From assembly GCF_964204645.1 (NCBI RefSeq), contig NC_134029.1, forward strand, positions 3,410,001 to 3,474,000: a DNA stretch of 64,000 bases. The letters run 5' to 3'. The translations under genes and the position numbers were made by a program. The DNA is from Tubulanus polymorphus. Taxonomy: Eukaryota > Animalia > Nemertea. Shown in pieces: positions 52,901 to 64,000 of the stretch; position 1 is the stretch's first letter, and every line of letters starts with the position of its first letter. The notes under the pieces were generated by a model. That model did not search any database. It was given only the letters and a program-made list of their open reading frames with translations, and was not told the origin of the DNA.

Positions 52901-54125
52901 TTGAGATAAAAGAAAACAGAAGCAGGAAGTCACAATTGATGCCAATTTGACGGACGCATGTTTACAATATATGTGTCGTCTGTGAATATGGTCTATATCC
53001 AGCTCGGTTCATCCAGTCGACGTCCCTGAAGTTTGACAAAAATCTTCCTTGTATCTGCGCGTGATATCCTTTCTGACAATGAATTGTTATTTTCATCTTC
53101 AGATACATGAAGTATTTGTACCCGTATGAGTGCGAGAAACTGAAATTAAGTAACCCGGGTGAATTACAGTCTGCTATTGACGGAAACAGACGAGAAGGAA
53201 GACGAGCTAGTTTTGGTTACGATATTTCACCGACGGGACCGCCGACCCTGGTTCCACCACCGGCACATGCACATCTTAACGGAAGCGTCCTGAATGGCAA
53301 GATGCACCATTCAGTTAGTCCAATCAATCCAATTTCAGGTACGTTTAAAGATACCAAATTAATCAGATTGGGGATGATCCAGTCTAGGTCAAATATAGAA
53401 AATAGTGAGTTTATTTCACAAATCTATTTATCATTTCCTCAAAATCTATATATAATTTCTCTTCAGAGTACAATCCACATAAACATTATCTCGAATCCGT
53501 TTTGAAAGTTTTAACCACCGGAGATTCGACCCCGACAACCACCGACAGTGCCCGACTATCATCACCGACACCACTTCGACCAATCAGCTTACAGCGAACG
53601 ATACCGGAACGAGACCACCTGGCAATGGAGGCAGCGAACCGCGCCATGGAGGAAGCCACGCGTAAAATGGAGGCGGCGTCGCGCGCATCGATGGAGGAAA
53701 ATCAACCACCTAGAAAACGAATGGCTTTAGAAGACGAACAACGTCTAATGTCTCATGCGGCAATGTCTGGCGCTCATCTGAAGATTACTAGTCGAAGTAC
53801 GTATCATAACCTCTATAGATACCATTTTAGAAAATCTATCGCAATACATTGAAGAGAAAGTTTATCCCGACCCTGTAAACTTTTCCAAAGTTTTGATGAT
53901 GGTTCAAGATTTTTCCACCAGTCAACACCACTGCATTGCCCGATACGTGATCCGTAATTAATTCATAGGGCTTCATATTATTTATGATTTTTAACATATC
54001 TATTATACTGATTTCTTGCAGATGATGGGCGTTCAGAAATCGACAATTCATTAGTAGTTTCCATGGAAATCAATGGCATAATGTACCAAGGAGTTCTATT
54101 CGCTCAAATACCGAGGAGAATTTAG
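19949..54125 (+). CDS. ARID3: Dead ringer/retained (ARID3 family) transcription factor, 7 exons, 505 aa
   Basis: Exons: 19949-19984, 21077-21673, 29276-29348, 52526-52709, 53103-53338, 53509-53796, 54022-54125; total 1518 nt, open frame. Extended ARID domain WTFEEQFKQ|LYELSDDPKRKEFLDDLFSFMQKR|GTPVNRIPIMAKQVLDLYELF...LPSSITSAAFTLRTQ|YMKYLYPYEC..ELQSAIDGNRREGRR; REKLES-type C-terminus SLVVSMEINGIMYQGVLFA. Confidence 0.93.
30877..31239. mobile_element. Penelope-like retroelement remnant with perfect 70-bp inverted repeat
   Basis: 30877-30946 is the reverse complement of 31170-31239; the right arm starts inside a hammerhead core. Confidence 0.65.
31135..31185 (+). ncRNA. Minimal type I hammerhead ribozyme motif
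   Basis: CTGAAGA (31143-31149), stem II GACTAT/ATAGTC, GAAA (31169-31172), palindromic ACGT with GTT cleavage triplet, weak stem I ttattc/gaaataa. Confidence 0.65.
32769..33101. mobile_element. MITE (family of 16065-16411)
   Basis: aggcctctttttgattacttggagtacgga / tccgtactccagataactaaaaaaggtct. Confidence 0.65.
35175..35286. mobile_element. Short MITE (ggatccagttccacag TIR family)
   Basis: ggatccagttccacagt ... actgtggaactgggtcc with internal gagttaactctgagt repeats. Confidence 0.75.
40331..40373 (+). repeat. 10-bp tandem repeat (cacggaccag)x4
   Basis: Directly visible. Confidence 0.9.
40652..40871. mobile_element. PIF/Harbinger-like MITE with TAA target-site duplication
   Basis: taa|ggctaaacaaaaatgataccttgtttctccgc ... 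gcggagaaacaaggtatcaattttgtttagcc|taa; ~32-bp near-perfect TIR; internal gcggccgggtc repeats. Confidence 0.85.
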
Positions 54126-55520
54126 CGAAGAGACAGAGAGAGACTATCGTTATAGAAAATACATATTACAATTGATGTATTTTGAGCTTACAAAATCTCT
54201 GAGAATTATATGTATAATTAGCATGTATGTAAATGTATGTAAATTTGTAAATATATCAATCTTAGATAATCTAATGATAAAGAAAAATAAAGTGTATTAT
54301 TATCAATTACGATAATGTTATTACAAATTGTATATATAATGCAGCGGGTGCAATGACCGTTGTAAAATGGCATATCTAAGAGGATGGCTTCTGTGCTGGT
54401 ATAGTTACTAAGTTATTATTCTAATGATGTTTCCGATGGCAGCTTTTTCAATTAAGCTGACACACACACACAAAGTGTATGAAAACACGTTTTGCATATA
54501 GATTTTTACTTTCAATATACGCGATTAGTAAGAGCATTTTAGAATAAGGAATAGTTTTTAGCCCGCTACATTAATTTGAAGGCTACGCGATATCATAGTT
54601 TATATTATTGCCGTTGGGACCAAAATCTGTTTAAACATAAGCCTATTGTATATGTAAATAACAATTTTTGGAAAAGATTCTTAGATTAATTTCTGAATAA
54701 TATCGTTATAGGATGATGAATATTATACATATTAATAGATCAATGGTGTAAATTTACTTTTCACAAAGGTTTAACTAAAACGAACATCAATAAAACCATC
54801 ATGTAAAATACAGAAGCCTTGATTTGTCCTTCACTTTTTAAAGTTTTCTTGAGAAAGAAATAAAATTTTCGTTTTGTATTCGTTGCGGGTGGATGTCCAC
54901 ATTGGTTCCGTCCGCGTTGATCCACTCGCCGGACCCTAGCAGCCATCACAAGAGGCCAACATTCTTGGAATCCCAAGCTACACGTCCCATCCAAAAACCG
55001 AAATCAGACCGACATGCTTATCGCATATTATAGGCTAGCGACTTTCAGTATTATTTTATGATATTTATGCATGATGAATTCCAAACCAGTCAAGGCTTGC
55101 CAAGTTGGCGGGCCGGCGCCACACTCTTCAGCGGCGACCATACCCGATACGATCCCTGTTAATCTGTGAATAGTATCGGGTAGCACCAACGACATATTTG
55201 GCGCTGCCCTGCTGAACACTACTTTCTTGAGATTGGAAATTGTCGAATTTTACATTCTAAGAGAGTTTCTCGGTCATGAAACATGAGCACGATTACCCCG
55301 GCGCAGTATTATACACATTCGTAGAAATTCCACTAGATCATCGTACGGTGCTGCTACCGAAATGTTGACATCGATGGAATCAATACAGCGTTAGGTGAAC
55401 AATTTTGTTCCGCCGATTTCTTACTTCCTGGTTTTCCACATGTCGATAATTTATTGGCGATCTACGGCATAAAACGAACTAGAACAACCCTTATGTGTAC
55501 CAGATTCCCCTAGAATAAAT

Positions 55521-57869
55521 ATGACTGAAATTCTGAGAAAACTCGACACCACGACATCCAGCATGGATGTCGTCTCTCTCAATAATCTCGTAAGAATTCA
55601 CTATTTTAGCTGTCAATTCAATCCAAATCAACCCTTTTTGGCTTTTTTGTATGAAAACTTCTCGATGACTGATATTTGTATTTTCTAGATCGTTAAAATG
55701 CGTCCAACGATGAAACAAGCTCGTGTTCAACTGATCCATAAACTCACCAAACAAATAAAGCTACTACGCAATAGGAAGTAAGTTTTGATTACCACAGACC
55801 CTAGTATTTAATCAATCAAATGTTTAGAACAATCCCAACAATTTCTTTACATTTCAGGTGTAAAGATGAACAACAGACGACGAAAAATAATCAGAAAGCT
55901 GATCGTTTGGTGGAAGAACTAAAAGCCATGAAGGTGAATAGAGTAGATTCAAATTACAATTGTTGCATTGAAATGTCCAGTGTTCATATGGCTTGCAAAT
56001 TTATACGAATGAAATTATCAATATTTCCAGAAGTGAACCTTGATTTTTATAAATTTCAGGGGATGAATTTGTACAAAGCTGCCAAATTTGCGCTCGGAAA
56101 TACAGACACAGTAGCAGTTATTAGTCAACAGGTATGATTGGATGGATTTGATTATTATCATTATTATCTATGAGTTGAAAATGCCTTTTTTTAACGGTGA
56201 TCACCTGTTGTATTTTCAGCCGAAATGTTCATTGAAGTATCGAGCTCTCGTGCGAGTGGCTGAATATAAAACTGTTCAGACGTTCGTCAATAAGTGGAGA
56301 GCAGAGCATGAAGATTGGAGGTCGCTCGGTGCGTTCATGTTATATAAAAACACTGGACGCCGATACCGAAAAAAGAAAATAGTCCACGACGGAGTCAATA
56401 TCGGGGTTGATAAAGTCTTACGTGAGGGTCAAGATGCGGATAGTTCTGGTGATGAAGATGAGAGCGGTGATGAGGAGGCCTCGTCCGAAGAGGAAAGTGA
56501 TGAGAAAGATATGGATGAGCCGATTGCTGAAAATTGTTCGAATTCTGAAAGTGTTTCTGTTAATGTTGATAAAACTGAATCGATTGAAATTGATTCACAA
56601 CCTGTAAAAGAACTTGGACCTTTGAAAAAAACTGAACTAGTTAAAAAAACTGAACTCGTTAAAAAAACTGACCTAGTTAAAAACACTGAACTAGTTAAAA
56701 AAACTGAACTAGTTAAAAAAACTGAACTAGTTAAAAAACCTGAACTTGTTAAAAAACCTGATCAGAACAAAAGTACAGTGAAAACGAAAAATATCATCGA
56801 GAGCAAAAACGAGGAGCATTTAAAAGATTTTACTAGTGACGATGATAGTAGTGAAAGTGAGGAAACTAAAGGACGTTATGTGCGCAGAATTGTGGATGAT
56901 GGTGATGATGCTCAGAGCGAAGAGGATACAAATTCATCATCGCAGTCAAAAAACTTGGAAAATACATCATCAGAATCTTCAGATGGAGAAACTCCACCTG
57001 CGAAAACAGAACCGAACGAATCACTACAGAAGCAAGATAGAGGCGCTGATTTGTTTGTGCCAGTGATAAGAAACGAAATGATTATCAAAAAAATCAGAAT
57101 CGATAATTTAGACGAAGAATTGGATGTAATAAAGAAGTCTGGTCAAGTAGAACCATGGAATAAGGTCACATCGTTATTCGAAAATGAGAGTACCGTGAAA
57201 GAAACTGTTAATCGTAAAAAGGGCTCGTTTTTTATGAGCATAAATGGTGAAGTTTACTCATCTAGCGAAGAGGATAATGGCGAGGAAGATAATAAGAATG
57301 ATGACTTGGAAGAAGATACGACGGATCTAGCCGGTCGAGGACGCGAGATCGTTGAATCAGTGTTCATCAAAAACCTCAGCGCAGATCCGGAAGTTGAAAA
57401 AGAGAAACGACGCAAGTGGTTAGCATCCACGTAAGTAATAGTTTTCTTTGTCATATATTAGTACTCGCAGTCTACGGGTATTGTTTTTCTAAATGAATAT
57501 AATTCTTTGGAGTTATTTTGATTTTTTTTTAGTTGGCGAGAGCGTCCTAATAAACCCAACCCATACAGAGTACAGCCGAGTAGTCAAAATGTCAGTCAGT
57601 CAGTGAGTCGAGGTCGTGGTGCTGTCCAGGACGGGAAGAGTTCAGCGATCTCTAATAAAACAGCTGGTTAGTACTGTTACAATGGATGAAGTGAGGTGTG
57701 CTTTCACGTACCGCATTATGACTCTAATGAAATCTATTTCTATTTCCCAGGAAAAGCTATGACGTCAGATAAACTGCATCCATCTTGGGAAGCCAGCAAA
57801 AAACGCAAGGAACAAAGCGTCATTCCTAGATTTCAGGGCAAGAAAATCAAATTTGATGATAGCGATTGA
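55521..57869 (+). CDS. SRFBP1: Serum response factor-binding protein 1 / BUD22-like, 7 exons, ~589 aa
   Basis: Exons: 55521 (or 55563)-55589, 55689-55777, 55858-55933, 56060-56131, 56220-57430, 57533-57666, 57751-57869; open frame. N-terminal LNNL|IVKMR..KNNQKADRLVEELKAMK, acidic middle, C-terminal LHPSWEASKKRKEQ..FQGKKIKFDD. Confidence 0.88.
56625..56760 (+). repeat. Coding 18-bp minisatellite (KKTELV)x~7
   Basis: aaaaaaactgaactagtt units within SRFBP1 exon 5. Confidence 0.9.
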
Positions 57870-58339
57870 GATGTGTAGCAGTATCGTAATAAAAATATTT
57901 TACTAATCAATAATTGTTATTTATCTGTTCTAAGGTTGTTCGGATGAAACACCGCATTCAGTTCTAGCATGGATTCTAAAACGAAGAGTCCACAGTCCTA
58001 GTTGAAGACCAGCCATCGATTCAAGAAATTCAAGCATTTTTCAATACAAAAATCTAGACAGTTTTATTTGACGAAGATTATTATTAGCGGACAAGTAACA
58101 TTATTGTTATCATGAGTGCGTGAATGACAATTTACAAAATGACATTTAAACAACAATTCAAAACTATTTACAAAACAGTGAAGCATCGCAAACAATTTAT
58201 ACAATCATCCATAACCTTTAATACTTCGTTATTATCTAGCTACTGCTGAGGATAGATATTAAATAGAGAGGTTTTTTATTTTACATCGGACTCTCGAAAA
58301 AACTGTAAACCTACACCATCCTGAACTGAGTTAAACGTC

Positions 58340-58447
58340 AGGATCCAGTTACACAGTTGTTTGATAAATTTGACTAGAGTTAAAACCCAGGAAATGAACT
58401 AACTGGAGTCAAACTTACCGTTACTGGGAACTGTTGAACTGGGTCCT
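58340..58447. mobile_element. Short MITE (ggatccagtt TIR family)
   Basis: caggatccagttacacagtt ... aactgttgaactgggtcctg. Confidence 0.6.
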
Positions 58448-58901
58448 GGGGCCAGTTTTGTAGACAAATTCTAACCTTAAAACGGTTAACTCAATCGACC
58501 AAACAAAATCCAGCCCTGAGAATCTTTTTTACAGAGAAATCTATACAAAATCTACCGAACTGAAATGATTTAGTTATTGATTTTCCGTCGTCTATTGTAC
58601 ACGCGGAATGTTGGATATAGATACCTGCGGTTAATAGTTCATAAATAATTATTATCATGATTTCGAAACTTATTTACACAAAAAACAAGTTGTGAATATT
58701 ATACAAGTCCAAACACCTTCATGAATATACACTGTACTGCTGTAAGACAACCCTTACTGGTTCTAGTAATCCACACTGCTGCTGCTGCCATTTTAAGTCC
58801 AGTGTCTATACGCTTAAGTTTGAAATGACGCCTGATTAGTAAATTACATGATTTTTACGGCAGGTTTCAATTGATCAATATCCCTGAGAGATTATTTCTT
58901 C

Positions 58902-61900
58902 TTATCTGAAAGAGAAAAATGCATCCGATGAATGAGAGTGATTGATGAAGATCGAAATTCTTAAAACCATGCAAACTCTAAACAGTTGATCATTATTTCA
59001 TGTACAGTGAGTTATGTGCAATGCTGTACACGATTCTCTCCCACAAATATTACAATTCATAAAATACATACACATCCAGACCAGTCCGAAAACTTTGCTT
59101 AGAGTCACAAAACCTTCCCTAAATCAGATCATATCATCAGATCTCATTTGGGAAAGTTACACCCATTGCGTGGAATTCCCAACCCCATTGACTCCTAGCA
59201 TTTGAACGACAGCTCAAGACACAAGGTTCAATTCATCACCAGTTTCTGAGTGCCTTCGATAGATAGTTCTTATAAATTTACAAGAGACTTAAATTCATAA
59301 TCCTATCCTGTCAAATTCTCAAAACGTAGTGCTTAAACTTATGTACATGGGAAAAATTGTGGTGCATATATAGTTTATTGACTGAACAGATTGTGAAGAT
59401 ATAGATTTAACAACGACAAGAGAAACAATGAACGCACCTGGTCGACGGTGGTGGAAACCATGGCATTCTCACTGAATTAACAGATGTGGCTGATGTTGTA
59501 GGATAAAGTCCTGCAAGCAAAATCAAGCTGTGTTAGCGAGGTGAATGCTGCAAGCAATTATTGATTCACTTATTCCTCGTATTAGATGATTAAGTGCGAG
59601 GGGATGAATCTTCATGTTACACCCCTGATCCTGTTATTGTGCAGATATTGAACACCTAATTGTTGTTGACAATTATTGCAGTTAGTGTCAAAAAGTGTAT
59701 ACGTATAACATATAAATACATACCTTGTGGACTGATAGGCGTATGTGCCATTGGACTGTGTGTTGGACTGTACATACCTATAAATAACACCCATAAGAGA
59801 ATCAACTTTTCAGTAAACACTACAATATATACTTGATAGCAATTTTATTGAAAATATCTTTTAATGGTGAAATCATAAATTCCTTGTGTCGGGATAGTTT
59901 CATTTCAATTCTTAGTATGCCGACAAAAATCTAGTGCATTCGGAATACTGACAAAATCAAGCATTCAGTCGATCAGTCGAACTGAACAAAGAACCAGCGT
60001 TCTCTATTTGCTTGAATTTTTTAAAGGGGCTGCATTCATTGTTATATTTCAGAGCAATTATCGACATTGATAAAACGTTGACATCGACTCTGGTAGGAGC
60101 AGAAGATATCTTACGAGGGGTGGTTGTGAAAATGGAAGGGGTGGCTGCCCCGCTAAAACCTGCCGAACACTGAACTAAAACAGGGTGATGTATTAATAAT
60201 ACCAGTACGTACCGACAGATGGAAGATTAGTCGGTGATATTTGACGATGTTGATTCATTAAGTTATGAGTTTGATTATCCTTCACAGCGGCCGACATGTC
60301 GAGGTGATACGATCGCGATAAATTCGGCACCCCGCTCGGCGGAGACATGTTTCGCCACGACGACGATGACGACGATGGCGGCGTCGATTGTTGCGGGTAC
60401 GCCGATTGATTCATTAACATCGCGTGTAACAGATGAGGAGTGGCCACCGATTGTTGCTGTAAGAGTTTATTCTGTTGTAACAGTCTCTGATGAGAGAAAT
60501 CCGGCACCAAATCGTTCGCAGCACGCGGTGAATACGTTACTGTTGAGTTGTTACCGGCAGACGACGTCATCGTACTCGAGGGGGCGCTGTTCGCGATATT
60601 ACGCAACAATTCGTTGAAATCGTCGCCGACCGTTTCGGAAATTTTATTCGCCGGACGACCAGAGCGATTCAGAGCGGAAAACGGATTCGATATTTCGGTG
60701 GTCGTCGTTTGTTGTTGGATCGATGATTTGATATTTTGTGTCTGACGGGTCGGACCCCCCGTCGCTATATTATGCTGCTGAGTTTGACCCTGAGATAAAT
60801 GCATCCGTTGTTGCTGCTGCTGCTGCGGTGAAATGTATCCAGTTTTTGGAGAAGTTTGCTGCTGCTGCTGCTGTTTAACATGAGGGGGCGATGAACCGAT
60901 AAAAGGTGGTGATAGCGGTCCTGTGTGCGCACGTTTTGGAGACTGCATTAAATTCTGTTGCTGTTTCGCGTAATTAGCCGTAACCTCCAGTAAGGCGGAT
61001 GCGGCTGACCGCTGCTGCTGATTGGCCAACGACGTTTGAGTATCGATATGCGTTAACCAATCAGAATGTTGCTGCTGCTGCTGCTGATGATGGTGGTGAT
61101 GCTGGGGAGATTTATCTTTGACGGGTGATGTTTTATTACCGCTCGACGGAGCGGATGAATTGAAATACGGAGACATGAAGCTGTTATTCGCGACACTTGA
61201 TTGTTTATTGTTCACATTCGAATTGCGTTCAACTGCGCTCGAATTTGCGACGATCGAATTATTGTGCTGCGGTCGAACGGTTGACGCGAACTGTTGACCG
61301 TGGCGACCGGTATTCGAATGAGATTGATTCGCGTTCATGTCGCCGCTCTTTGAATGGCCGCTCGACGAATACTTCGCGTAAGAAGAATTCGTTTCAGATT
61401 TCGTAGTCGTCGTTTTCTTATTTCCTAGCGACGGCGGTTTATCGTTTAAATGTTTTGTAGTCGTCGACGACGACATGTCGATATCGGGCATCAATAAATC
61501 GGGCGCGTCTTGAATCAGATCGATCAGAGCAGCCTCCGCGGCGTCGATGCCGCCTTCTAGTTCAGCGGCGTCTTTCATATCGATCTCCTGAAACTCAGCC
61601 GACGGATCGAACAGATTGTTGATGAATTTCATATCGACCCCGTCGTGTTTGACCTTGTTTCCGGTCGACAGACGGATCGTCGGTGGTTTCGGCGTCGAAG
61701 GAGGCGTCGGAATCGGTTTCATTACGGGGTGTTTCGGTTTCGAATCGGGAAGCATGTACGGATACACGACCGGCGGTTTCGGTTGCGCTTTTTTCTTCTC
61801 GGGAACGTGAAGCGGCGCCATACTGGCGAGACTCGTCGAAATATCCGCTTTATCCGAAACTTTCAGTTTCTTCGGCTGCTTCGCCAACCTGTAAATAATC

Positions 61901-63641
61901 AATAAGTTTCTTCAGTAACCGTATTATGAATTTTCAATTCATGAGACAATTGGTTACAATAGATGCACGGTCTCGACGTCGAGTCCAAAATGGCATTAAA
62001 ATCTTAAGACTAGTATTTCGCAATAGAACTAAGATGGTCTTAGAATCTTCTAAACCATGACTTGCGCAACTAGCTCTAAAACTGTCTGTACATCCCACTT
62101 TCTCTGTTAAGTTAAGACTAGAAAGAGTCAATCGATACAATACTACAATAGACTGCACTTGATCTCACTGAAATAATAATTTTCTCCAAGGCAAATGAAT
62201 TCTAGGGTCGTCAGAGCGATTTTATAATACCCGCCACGTGATATCTGAGACAATTGCTGCTACTAGAGTCTACTAGAGTTTGTGAAATGTCGCAGATTTG
62301 AAAATAGCCTGAAATGATACTCACGCAGCAGGGTTTGTATATGGAGTGTGTACAGAACGACTTTCTTTATATAAACTACGTGTATTCATCCAACCTTTCG
62401 GCCACAAACAAACGATCTCCGATTCGAGATACTGTTTCAGATATTCTTCAGCCGTTTGTCCGCGAGATTTTGAAATAACGAACATTCCCATCGAATTCGA
62501 CACGACATCGCACAACAATTTCCTGAAAAACAGACAAAAAATTTTGAATATGGAAATCTCTTCACATAATGGAGCACATATTGATTAGACTCTGCTCACC
62601 ATATAAGGTACACAAATTCCGGGGCAATCTGAGCAGGGATCGGTCGTGCAATTGTCCGGGGGGCAGTTGTCCGCGGGGGGAGGGGCAATTGTCCTGATGC
62701 CAAATTGGAGTAACAATATTTGTACCATATCATGCGGGGCATGTAATCTATGTATGCAGGAAGTGGAGCACACTTTGTCCTGATCTATACCGACCTGACT
62801 TTATCAGTCCAGATGAATTTTCTCCGAGGTCCGCGAATCTGTTTAGGTCTCTCACCCGTAGCTGGTTTCTCCACGTTTTCTCCCTCGCTATCGCTGTCCT
62901 CTTTCTCTTTCGGTTTTTCACCGGCTTGTAATCTGTATCGATTGATAATAATATCTTAAACAAATTCTCTTTCACGAAGACAAATAGCCCTGAATCATTA
63001 GCCCAGTTTACACACATACCTCAACAGGTTAGTCGCTTGACAATCGGTGTTGTACTTTTCTAAGATGGCTGGCATCATCTGATTGATCTCTGCAAAGAAA
63101 TCGATCGACTAACTACATAGAACACTAGCGATGAAATACTCCCGACGGTAATAATCTAACCATATAAAACATGAGGAAAGATTTATTTATATCTATCCTG
63201 AGCAACTGATTACTTCCTCATTGTACCTAGTAGCTACTGTGAAAGCCAGTGATGATGAAATTCATAATTTCAGTAGTTAAAACTATTAAATTAAACCAAA
63301 CCGTTTTGAGTGTGATATTTGTTTTCAAGCTGTACTCTGGACTCAATATCCCGTCAAAGAAAACATACAACATTCATTCATCGAAATGTGAACGTACCGT
63401 CTCTGAGTTTATCGACCGGTTCTTTCAGTTTGTTGTCCTGTTCGAGCAGCAGTAGTTTTTTCGCACGTTTTAACAGCGTATCTTTACTACACGGCAGAAA
63501 CGCGGCTAGATGACTGAATACGGTCGATCGGTTTCCACAACTCAGATTCTGACGACAATCTTTATAGATTCCGTGAAGCAGTTTATTGACGCTCGGCGTG
63601 AAAAACTTACATTTACCCTGCGCTGCAGATTCGATAGCCGC
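58902..63641 (-). CDS. UBN1: Ubinuclein/yemanuclein (HIRA complex subunit), 3' portion; 5' exons lie beyond the window
   Basis: Exons (-): 63641-63398 (KFFTPSVNKLL..VFSHLAAFLPCSKDTLLKRAKKL..LKEPVDKLR), 63089-63020 (MPAILEKY), 62932-62795 (GPRRKFIWTDKVR), 62522-62325 (LLCDVV..LWPKGWMNTRSLYKESR), 61888-60213 (long Q/S/P-rich exon). Tentative small terminal exons near 60159-60114, 59777-59724, 59510-59438 and stop at 58902-58904. Motifs match the ubinuclein middle domain; UBN1 versus UBN2 cannot be assigned. Confidence 0.82.
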
Positions 63642-64000
63642 CTGAAATTAATTGAAAATAATACTTTAAAGCTTAATATTTTGTAGTCAGTTTTGTGTAA
63701 CAATAATACGTAGATATCAAACAATGCCAAGGGTCAGTTTGATGAACTGTGGAATTTTCACATCCTTGCAATTGGCTTTTTTCACACAACAAAAAATACC
63801 AGGATTTTTCATAAATTTTTTCGCATGATCTTTCGCTTAATTTTTTACATCAATATCACGTCGAGATACGATAACAATAACATATGCGGCAGATTATAAA
63901 TACACATTTTCATGATTTTTCACATCAATCCGACCCTTCCCCGTCTGAATAGCAATCGAATGAACATTTCTAATAATTTTCGTTAAGCAGACATTCATTT

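Noticed and set aside
60234-61905. Plus-strand ORFs opposite the large ubinuclein exon
   Set aside because: Antisense shadows of a GC-richer low-complexity coding exon.

Overview
AT-rich, intron-containing eukaryotic (invertebrate animal-like) genomic DNA; no prokaryotic features. Manual GT-AG splicing gives six protein-coding genes: (1) an 11-exon, frame-intact but strongly diverged elongation factor 2 paralog (+, 579-11175, 852 aa) with altered G1/switch I GTPase motifs and an intact diphthamide loop, whose introns carry two copies of a U17/SNORA73 (snR30)-like H/ACA RNA, one near-complete and one with a deletion; (2) UTP15 (-, 12 exons, 528 aa); (3) an intronless MATE/SLC47-like transporter nested in UTP15 intron 2 on the same strand; (4) a dead ringer/ARID3 transcription factor (+, 7 exons, 505 aa) head-to-head with UTP15 and split by a 23-kb intron; (5) SRFBP1/BUD22-like (+, 7 exons); (6) the 3' part of a ubinuclein/yemanuclein gene (-), cut by the window end. 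Introns hold many MITE-like inverted-repeat elements, Helentron-associated-like elements and a Penelope-type remnant with a minimal hammerhead ribozyme. Family assignments rest on motifs recalled from reference sequences; no database search was run.
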